64,000 bases of DNA. Origin: Eledone cirrhosa. Lineage: Eukaryota. Every line of letters starts with the position of its first letter. Positions within the stretch are counted from its first letter, which is position 1. Positions 54,801-64,000 of this stretch are shown here, one piece after another. The translations under genes were made by a program, and so were the position numbers. The notes beneath the pieces were generated by a model. That model worked only from the letters and a program-made list of their open reading frames with translations. It did no database searches and had not been told where the DNA came from. Where the stretch lies: contig OZ024740.1 of the NCBI GenBank assembly GCA_964016885.1, positions 176,266,001-176,330,000 on the forward strand, in the 5' to 3' direction.

Positions 54801-57800
54801 CTGAAGGTGAGACGTTATGTTTAACTCCCAGTTAGGCTTAAATAAGTCTGGCACGTATTAATGGTTTTCTTGATATTATCTATGAAAGTTTACAAGCGCA
54901 TTATATGTTCTAATATATATTTATTCCTCTGTTCTTTTTTGTTTACAGAACCTAGCAAGGTACCGGGAAAAGATTCCCATACAACAGGTGATATGATGGA
55001 CGATCTTTTATTGTATTATATATACTTCTGTCTATACATAACTCTTTTACATGATGTATATGGAAAATGTGAATTAGGTGGCAGAAGGTAGCGTTCAATT
55101 TCTAGATGAGTATATATATACATATGTTATGTAACAACAAGAACTTATTTGGAAGAAGTGTGTTTTCTGTATCAATGTAACAACCATGCTTGATGAATTT
55201 ATATTATTTCAAAGATCAATTTTGAAACCTCTTTTTGAACATAAACTTGACGTTTCTATATTATTTAACTTTCAACAAGTGTAATGCAAAAATATGTGTG
55301 TTAGAAGTTACACAGAAACACACAAACACCCGCCTCACATATATGCTACACACAGTCACAAATTTCAAGCACACACGAATAAACACACCAAACAGCCCAT
55401 TTTGTATGTTTTTATTAAAAACATTATGATATATATAAGAACTTTGTGACTAACAGTTAGTATAGAATACATACAAAAGCTGATAGCTTTAGCGTCTCTG
55501 AAATCAAAAGGCAGAATTAACTTAATATTCCGAATTCAATTAATCAAGGAAAGTAAGTTCAGCCGATCAGAACGGACACAAATACCCTAGTCAACATAAA
55601 CTGAAGTGTGGCTAAAAGATGGGTTTTCAGCAATCACTATCATATATAAAATAAATATTATTTAAAATATACTTGTGCTCAATCAGTTATTTCATACATA
55701 CCCCATAGTAGGAAACCACTGTTTGAAATCAGATTTCATAAACATGAAATATACAGAACCATTTACGTCACATTAGATACTGAAGGTGAAAGGTTATGTT
55801 TAACTCTCAGAGAGGTTTAACTAATTTTGGAACGTATTTCTGTTCTTTTTTAAATGTTACGTATAATCGATTCCAAACGCAATATATTTTCTATAATATA
55901 TATTTCTTTATTCTTTTCTATTAACAGTATATGACAACGCACCACGAAGCTATTATTATACAACAGGTGATATGATGGAACATGTTATATTTTATTATAT
56001 ATACTACTTTAAATACATAACTCTTTACATAATATATATGGAACAATTCGAATAAATAATAGAAAGTAGGGTTCAATAACTCCATGAGTATATATGTTAT
56101 ATACAAACAAGAACGTATTTGGGAGTCGTGTGTTTCCTCAACGATTATAGCATCCTCATTTTATAAATTTATTTTATTTTAACGCCCATTTTTGAATGTT
56201 GTTTTTGAACGTGAATTAGACGTTTAAAAGAAATATTAAACCGTCTACAAATTTAATGCACAAACATGTGTGCAGAAATAAACGAAGATGCACAGAAACT
56301 CACAAATGGCCGCAACGGAGATATTTATACAAATATGCATAAACTAGCCAAACTACCTAATTTGTAGCAATTTATTTCAATCATGATGATATATAGAGCA
56401 GCTCTAAGACTATAGTTTGTTATTGAATACATACAAAAGCTGATGATAAAATATGATGATATGTAGCGCACCAAAATCATGATGACATGTAGTGCACCTC
56501 TAGGAGATGTGTTTTCAGCAATCACTATGATATACTTAAGAAATATTATTCAAAATCTACAACCTGTTATTTTATTCATACACCATATTAGGAAACCACT
56601 GTTAGAAATCAGATTTCATATACATGAAATACACATAACCATTTACGTTACATAAGATACTGAAGGTGAGACGTTATGTTTATCTCCCAGTTAGGCTTAA
56701 ATAAGTCTGGAACGTATTACTGGTTTTCTTCATATTATCTATGAAAGTTTACAAGCGCATTATATGTCCTAATATATATATTTCTTTGTTCTTTTTTGTT
56801 TACAGAACCTAACGAAGTACCAGGAAAAGATTCCCATACAACAGGTGATATGATGGACGATCTTTTATTGTATTATATATACTTCTTTATATACATAACT
56901 CTTTTACATGATATATATGGAAAATAGGAATTAGGTGGCAGAAGGTAGCGTTCAATTTCTAGATGAGTATATATATATATATATGTTATGTAACAACAAG
57001 AACGTATTTGGAAGAAGTGTGTTTTCTGTATCAATGTAAAACGAATGCTTGATGAATTTATATTATTTTAAAGATCAATTTTGAAACCTCTTTTTGAACG
57101 TAAATTTGCCGTTTCTATATTATTTAACTTTAAACAAATGTAATGCAAAAGCATGCGTGTAGGAAGTTACACAGAAACACACAAACACCCGCCTCACATA
57201 TATGCTACACACAGTCATAAATTTCAAGCACACACGAATAAACACACCAAACTGCCCATTTTGTATGTTTTATTAAAAACATTATGATATATAGAAGAAT
57301 TTTGTGACTAACAGTTGGTAGAGAATACATACAAAAGCTGATATCTTTAGCGTCTCTGAAATCAAACGTCAGAATTAAATTAATTTTCCGAATTCAATTA
57401 ATCAAGGAAAGTAAGTTCAGCCGATCACAACGGACACAAATAACCTAGTCAACATAAACTGAAGTGTGGCTAGAAGATGGGTTTTCAGCAATCACTATCA
57501 TATATAAAATAAATATTATTTAAAATATACTTGCGCTCAATCAGTTATTTCATACATACCCCATAGTAGGAAACCACTGTTTGAAATCAGATTTCATAAA
57601 CATGAAATATACAGAACCATTTACGTCACATTAGATACTGAAGGTGAGAGGTTATGTTTAACTCTCAGAGAGGTTTAACTAATTTTGGAACGTATTTCTG
57701 TTCTTTTTTAAATGTTACGTATAATCGATTCCAAACGCAATATATTTTCTATAATATATATTTCTTTATTCTTTTCTATTAACAGTATATGACAACGCAC

Positions 57801-60800
57801 CACAAAGCTATTATTATACCACAGGTGATATGATGGAACATGTTATATTTTATTATATATACTTCTTTAAATACATAACTCTTTACATATTATATATGGA
57901 ACAATTCGAATAAAAAATAGAAAGTAGGGTTCAATAACTCTATGAGTATATATGTTTTATACAAACAAAAATGTATTTGGGAGACGTGTGTTTCCTCTAC
58001 GATTATAGCATCCTCATTTTATAAATTTATTTTATTTTAACGCCCATTTTTGAATGTTTTTGAACGTGAATTAGACGTTTAAAAGAAATATTAAACCGTC
58101 TCCAAATTTAATGCACAAACATGTGTGCAGAAATAGACGAAGATGCACAGAAACTCACAAATGGCAGCAACGGAGATATTTATACAAATATGCATAAACC
58201 AGCCAAACTACCTAATTGGTAGCAATTTATTTCAATCATGATGATATATAGTGCAGCTCTAAGACTATAGTTTGTTATTGAATATATACAAAAGCTGATG
58301 ATAAAATATGATGATATGTAGCGCACCAAAATCATGATGACATGTAGTGCACCTCTAGGAGATGTGTTTTCAGCAATCACTATGATATACTTAAGAAATA
58401 TTATTCAAAATCCAACAACCTGTTATTTTATTCATACACCATATTAGGAAACAACTGTTAGAAATCAGATTTCATATACATGAAATACACATAACTATTT
58501 ACGTTACATAAGATACTGAAGGTGAGACGTTATGTTTAACTCCCAGTTAGGCTTAAATAAGTCTGGCACGTATTACTGGTTTTCTTCATATTATCTATGA
58601 AAGTTTACAAGCGCATTATATGTTCTAATATATATTTATTCCTCTGTTCTTTTTTGTTTACAGAACCTAGCAAGGTACCGGGAAAAGATTCCCATACAAC
58701 AGGTGATATGATGGACGATCTTTTATTGTATTATATATACTTCTGTCTATACATAACTCTTTTACATGATGTATATGGAAAATGTGAATTAGGTGGCAGA
58801 AGGTAGCGTTCAATTTCTAGATGAGTATATATATACATATGTTATGTAACAACAAGAACTTATTTGGAAGAAGTGTGTTTTCTGTATCAATGTAACAACC
58901 ATGCTTGATGAATTTATATTATTTCAAAGATCAATTTTGAAACCTCTTTTTGAACATAAACTTGACGTTTCTATATTATTTAACTTTCAACAAGTGTAAT
59001 GGAAAAATGTGTGTTAGAAGTTACACAGAAACACACAAAACACCCGCCTCACATATATGCTACACACAGTCACAAATTTCAAGCACACACGAATAAACAC
59101 ACCAAACAGCCCATTTTGTATGTTTTTATTAAAAACATTATGATATATATAAGAACTTTGTGACTAACAGTTAGTATAGAATACATATAAAAGCTGATAG
59201 CTTTAGCGTCTCTGAAATCAAACGGCAGAATTAACTTAATATTCCGAATTCAATTAATCAAGGAAAGTAAGTTCAGCCGATCAGAACGGACACAAATACC
59301 CTAGTCAACATAAACTGAAGTGTGGCTAAAAGATGGGTTTTTAGAAATCACTATCATATATAAAATAAATATTATTTAAAATATAGTTGTGCACAATCAG
59401 TTATTTCATACATACCCCATAGTAGGAAACCACTGTTTGAAATCAGATTTCATAAACATGAAATATACAGAACCATTTACGTCACATTAGATACTGAAGG
59501 TGAGAGGTTATGTTTAACTCTCAGAGAGGTTTAACTAATTTTGGAACGTATTTCTGTTCTTTTTTAAATGTTACGTATAATCGATTCCAAACGCAATATA
59601 TTTTCTATAATATATATTTCTTTATTCTTTTCTATTAACAGTATATGACAACGCACCACAAAGCTATTATTATACCACAGGTGATATGATGGAACATGTT
59701 ATATTTTATTATATATACTTCTTTAAATACATAACTCTTTACATATTATATATGGAACAATTCGAATAAAAAATAGAATGTAGGGTTCAATAACTCCATG
59801 AGTATATATGTTTTATACAAACAAGAATGTATTTGGGAGACGTGTGTTTCCTCTACGATTATAGCATCCTCATTTTATAAATTTATTTTACGTTAACGCC
59901 CATTTTTGAATGTTGTTTTTGAACGTGAATTAGACGTTTAAAAGAAATATTAAACCGTCTCCAAATTTAATGCACAAACATGTGTGCAGAAATAGACGAA
60001 GATGCACAGAAACTCACAAATGGCAGCAACGGAGATATTTATACAAATATGCATAAACCAGCCAAACTACCTAATTGGTAGCAATTTATTTCAATCATGA
60101 TGATATATAGTGCAGCTCTAAGACTATAGTTTGTTATTGAATATATACAAAAGCTGATGATAAAATATGATGATATGTAGCGCACCAAAATCATGATGAC
60201 ATGTAGTGCACCTCTAGGAGATGTGTTTTCAGCAATCACTATGATATACTTAAGAAATATTATTCAAAATCCAACAACCTGTTATTTTATTCATACACCA
60301 TATTAGGAAACCACTGTTAGAAATCAGATTTCATATACATGAAATACATATAACCATTTACGTTACATAAGATACTGAAGGTGAGACGTTATGTTTAACT
60401 CCCAGTTAGGCTTAAATAAGTCTGGCACGTATTACTGGTTTTCTTGATATTATCTATGAAAGTTTACAAGCGCATTATATGTTCTAATATATATTTATTC
60501 CTCTGTTCTTTTTTGTTTACAGAACCTAGCAAGGTACCGGGAAAAGATTCCCATACAACAGGTGATATGATGGACGATCTTTTATTGTATTATATATACT
60601 TCTTTCTATACATAACTCTTTTACATGATGTATATGGAAAATGTGAATTAGGTGGCAGAAGGTAGCGTTCAATTTCTAGATGAGTATATATATACATATG
60701 TTATGTAACAACAAGAACTTATTTGGAAGAAGTGTGTTTTCTGTATCAATGTAACAACCATGCTTGATGAATTTATATTATTTCAAAGATCAATTTTGAA

Positions 60801-63398
60801 ACCTCTTTTTGAACATAAACTTGACGTTTCTATATTATTTAACTTTCAACAAGTGTAATGCAAAAATATGTGTGTTAGAAGTTACACAGAAACACACAAA
60901 CACCCGCCTCACATATATGCTACACACAGTCACAAATTTCAAGCACACACGAATAAACACACCAAACAGCCCATTTTGTATGTTTTTATTAAAAACATTA
61001 TGATATATATAAGAACTTTGTGACTAACAGTTAGTATAGAATACATATAAAAGCTGATAGCTTTAGCGTCTCTGAAATCAAACGGCAGAATTAACTTAAT
61101 ATTCCGAATTCAATTAATCAAGGAAAGTAAGTTCAGCCGATCAGAACGGACACAAATACCCTAGTCAACATAAACTGAAGTGTGGCTAAAAGATGGGTTT
61201 TTAGAAATCACTATCATATATAAAATAAATATTATTTAAAATATAGTTGTGCACAATCAGTTATTTCATACATACCCCATAGTAGGAAACCACTGTTTGA
61301 AATCAGATTTCATAAACATGAAATATACAGAACCATTTACGTCACATTAGATACTGAAGGTGAAAGGTTATGTTTAACTCTCAGAGAGGTTTGACTAATT
61401 TTGGAACGTATTTCTGTTCTTTTTTAAATGTTACGTATAATCGATTCCAAACGCAATATATTTTCTATAATATATATTTCTTTATTCTTTTCTATTAACA
61501 GTATATGACAACGCACCACGAAGCTATTATTATACAACAGGTGATATGATGGAACATGTTATATTTTATTATATATACTACTTTAAATACATAACTCTTT
61601 ACATAATATATATGGAACAATTCGAATAAATAATAGAAAGTAGGGTTCAATAACTCCATGAGTATATATGTTATATACAAACAAGAACGTATTTGGGAGT
61701 CGTGTGTTTCCTCAACGATTATAGCATCCTCATTTTATAAATTTATTTTATTTTAACGCCCATTTTTGAATGTTGTTTTTGAACGTGAATTAGACGTTTA
61801 AAAGAAATATTAAACCGTCTACAAATTTAATGCACAAACATGTGTGCAGAAATATACGAAGATGCACAGAAACTCACAAATGGCTGCAACGGAGATATTT
61901 ATACAAATATGCATAAACCAGCCAAACTACCTAATTTGTAGCATTTTATTTCAATCATGATGATATATAGAGCAGCTCTAAGACTATAGTTTGTTATTGA
62001 ATACATACAAAAGCTGATGATAAAATATGATGATATGTAGCGCACCAAAATCATGATGACATGTAGTGCACCTCTAGGAGATGTGTTTTCAGCAATCACT
62101 ATGATATACTTAAGAAATATTATTCAAAATCTACAACCTGTTATTTTATTCATACACCATATTAGGAAACCACTGTTAGAAATCATATTTCATATACATG
62201 AAATACACATAAACATTTAGGTTACATAAGTTACTGAAGGTGAGACGCTATGTTTAACTCCCAGTTAGGCTTAAATAAGTCTGGCACGTATTACTGGTTT
62301 TCTTGATATTATCTATGAAAGTTTACAAGCGCATTATATGTTCTAATATATATATTTCTTTGTTCTTTTTTGTTTACAGAACCTAGCGAGGTACCACGAA
62401 AAGATTCCCATACAACAGGTGATATGATGAAACATCTTTTATTGTATTATATATACTTCTTTATATACATAACTCTTTTACATGATATATATTGAAAATT
62501 GGAATTAGGTGGCAGAAGGTAGCGTTCAATTTCTAGATGATTATATATATATATATGTTATGTAACAACAATTACTTATTTGGAAGAAGTGTGTTTTCTG
62601 TATCAATGTAACAACCATGCTTGATGAATTTATATTATTTCAAAGATCAATTTTGAAACCTCTTTTTGAACGTAAACTTGACGTTTCTATATTATTTAAC
62701 TTTCAACAAATGTAATGCAAAAACATGCGTGTAGGAAGTTACACAGAAACACACTAACACCCCGCCTCACATATATGCTACACACAGTCACAAATTTCAA
62801 ACACACACGAATAAACACACCAAACTGCCCATTTATTATGTTTTTATTAAAAACATTATGATATATAAAAGACCTTTGTGACTAACAGTTAGTATTGAAT
62901 ACATACAAAAGCTGATATCTTTAGCGTCTCTGAAATCAAACGACAGAATTAACTTAATATTTCGAATTCAATTAATCAAGGCAAGTAAGGTCAGCCGATC
63001 AGAACGGACACAAATACCCTAGTCAACGTAAACTGAAGTGTGGCTAGGAGATGGGTTTTCAGCAATCACTATCATATATAAAATAAATATTATTTAAAAT
63101 ATACTTGTGCACAATCAGTTATTTCATACATACCACATAGTAGGAAACCACCGTTTGAAATCAGAGTTCATAAACATGAAATATACATAACCATTTACGT
63201 CACATTAGATACTGAAGGTGAGAGGTTATGTTTAACTCTCAGAAAGGTTTAACTAATTTTGGAACGTATTTCTGTTCTTTTTTAAATGTTACGTATAATC
63301 GATTCCAAACGCAATATATTTTCTAAAATATATATTTCTTTATTCTTTTCTATTAACAGTATATGACAACGCACCACGAAGCTATTATTATACAACAG
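8707..63398 (+). CDS. Putative multi-micro-exon gene (partial): 48 symmetric exons (47 of 39 nt, one of 42 nt) encoding a Thr/Pro/Tyr-rich 13-aa repeat region
   Basis: Each unit has a pyrimidine tract + ACAG acceptor, a 39-nt exon ending (C/A)ACAG and a GT donor (GTGATA, once GTATAT). All lengths are multiples of 3 and all copies are stop-free in phase 1. A-type units show a CTAAT branch-point-like motif ~33 nt upstream. No start or stop exon was identified in the window. Confidence 0.72.
8897..9795. repeat. Minisatellite TATTACTGTTGAAAATATA with variable (TAGTA)n, ~27-32 bp unit, inside the Helitron
   Basis: About 30 directly visible copies. Confidence 0.95.
10264..10379. repeat. Inverted repeat with ~55-bp arms
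   Basis: ATAGGAAAATGTTTAACCCCTACGGCAGAGCTCAAGCCGATTCGACGGCTGTTTC pairs with GAAATAGCCGTCGAAACGGCTTGACCTCTGCCGTCGGGCTTAAACATTTTCCTAT. Confidence 0.88.
10970..11204 (-). repeat. Truncated 3' LTR of the Gypsy element
   Basis: Starts TATAACGGCGGCGAAG just after the polypurine tract; lacks the part matching 15589-16165. Confidence 0.8.
15589..16716 (-). repeat. 5' LTR of the Gypsy element (TATAACGG...CCGTTACA)
   Basis: Abuts the primer-binding site; 16501-16716 matches 11024-11204; has an internal ~92-bp duplication (15794/15886). Confidence 0.85.
17356..17397 (+). CDS. Divergent A-type 42-nt micro-exon ([14 protein letters not shown] in phase 1)
   Basis: CTTTTTCGTTTACAG|AACCACCTACCAACGAACCACGAAACGATTCCCATACAACAG|GTATAT; exactly one codon longer than the 39-nt consensus. 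Confidence 0.62.
18377..18415 (+). CDS. B-type 39-nt micro-exon ([13 protein letters not shown] in phase 1)
   Basis: TTCTATTAACAG|TATATGACAACGCACGACGAAACTATTATTTTACAACAG|GTGATA. Confidence 0.65.
19870..24388 (-). pseudogene. Helitron Rep/Helicase pseudogene
   Basis: [42 protein letters not shown] motif [26 protein letters not shown], degenerate Walker [53 protein letters not shown]. Broken into about 10 pieces. N-terminal 69-bp (23-aa) Arg/Ala-rich repeats at 24051/24120. Confidence 0.95.
24590..24828. repeat. (CA)n and (CT)n microsatellites in the Helitron 5' region
   Basis: Directly visible. Confidence 0.9.
26121..26298 (+). mobile_element. SINE (resembles abundant octopus SINEs) with an 8-bp target-site duplication
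   Basis: Absent from sister monomers; flanked by TTATGTTT at 26113-26120 and 26299-26306. Its tail GCTGGCCTTGTGCC(T/A)AAAGTAGAAA also occurs at ~9985-10045 and ~17427-17472. Confidence 0.85.
26431..62418 (+). CDS. A-type 39-nt micro-exons (29 copies), phase-1 peptide EP(S/N)(E/K)VP(G/R)KD(S/F)HTT
   Basis: Context TTTTTTGTTTACAG|AACCTAGCGAAGTACCAGGAAAAGATTCCCATACAACAG|GTGATA. Exon starts: 26431, 28275, 28939, 29613, 31459, 32123, 32793, 34639, 35299, 37145, 37809, 39657, 40321, 42171, 42838, 44686, 46536, 47206, 47629, 48293, 50143, 50813, 51236, 53091, 54949, 56806, 58664, 60523, 62380. Confidence 0.72.
27407..63398 (+). CDS. B-type 39-nt micro-exons (16 copies), phase-1 peptide VYDN(T/A)P(R/G/Q)(S/N)YYYTT
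   Basis: Context TTCTTTATTCTTTTCTATTAACAG|TATATGACAACACACCAGGAAGCTATTATTATACCACAG|GTGATA. Exon starts: 27407, 30591, 33771, 36276, 38789, 41303, 43818, 45668, 49275, 52213, 54071, 55928, 57786, 59642, 61502, 63360. Confidence 0.7.
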
Positions 63399-64000
63399 GT
63401 GATATGATGGAACATGTTATATTTTATTATATATACTACTATAAATACATAACTCTTTACATAATATATATGGAACAATTCGAATAAAAAATAGAAAGTA
63501 GGGTTCAATAACTTCCTGAGTATATATGTTATATACAAACAAGAATGTATTTGGGAGTCGTGTGTTTCCTCAACGATTATAGCATCCTCAATTTATGAAT
63601 TTATTTTATTTTAACGCCCATTTTTGAATGTTGTTTTTGAACGCGAATTAGACGTTTAAAAGAAATATTAAACCGTCTAAAAAGTTAATGCACAAACATG
63701 TGTGCAGAAATATACGAAGATGCACAGAAACTCACAATTGGCCGCAACGGAGATATTTATACACATATGCATAAACCAGCCAAACTACCTAATTTGTAGC
63801 AATTTATTTCGATCATGATGATATATAGAGCATCTCTATGACTATAGTTTGTTATTGAATACATACAAAAGTTGATGATAAAATATGATGATATGTAGCG
63901 CACCAAAATCATGATGACATGTAGTGCACCTCTAGGAGATGTGTTTTCAGCAATCATTATGATATACTTAAGAAATATTATTCAACATCTACAACCAGTT

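Larger units (their letters stand above)
25606..64000 (+). repeat. Homogeneous tandem array of ~0.9-kb A and B monomers with higher-order structure; runs off the window
   Basis: Exon-to-exon spacings give AB ~1857 bp (52213/54071/55928/57786/59642/61502/63360), short A ~664 bp (28275/28939), mini-A 423 bp (47206/47629, 50813/51236), AAB ~2.51 kb and AAAB ~3.18 kb. Confidence 0.97.

Noticed and set aside
27400-63538. Repeated 61-aa minus-strand [19 protein letters not shown]...
   Set aside because: It is antisense to the B exon and its intron, recurs only because the DNA is repeated, has no recognisable domain, and is broken by a stop in several copies (~54.1, 57.8, 59.7 kb).
25764-63957. Repeated 66-aa [13 protein letters not shown]... 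and plus-strand ORFs ...[21 protein letters not shown]...
   Set aside because: Open in only some monomers. The plus-strand ones simply read through the acceptor, micro-exon and donor.
25606-64000. CRISPR array or centromeric satellite interpretation
   Set aside because: Eukaryotic context, units of 0.4-1 kb, no unique spacers and no cas genes. Conserved splice cassettes fit an exon-intron array better, though a non-functional origin is not formally excluded.

Overview
AT-rich, microsatellite-rich animal genomic DNA. The SINE and repeat vocabulary suggests a cephalopod such as an octopus (inference). The left ~26 kb holds decayed mobile elements: two tandem RTE-derived short elements, a 5'-truncated RTE LINE with C-terminal C2H2 fingers, a non-autonomous Helitron, a Ty3/Gypsy LTR element, a decayed Rep/Helicase Helitron and SINE pieces. 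The Helitrons, the Gypsy element and the SINEs sit inside a ~0.9-kb tandem repeat that starts near 7.3 kb and runs, nearly insertion-free and highly homogeneous, from ~25.6 kb to the window end. Main finding: this apparent satellite looks like an exon-intron array. Nearly every unit carries a pyrimidine tract and CAG acceptor, a 39-nt stop-free exon, and a CAG|GTGATA donor. I count 48 frame-preserving micro-exons of two types, EP(S/N)(E/K)VP(G/R)KD(S/F)HTT and VYDN(T/A)P(R/G/Q)(S/N)YYYTT in phase 1. Spliced together they would give ~625 aa of 13-residue repeats that the ORF track cannot show. The start and end of the gene are not visible, and splicing is inferred from sequence alone.
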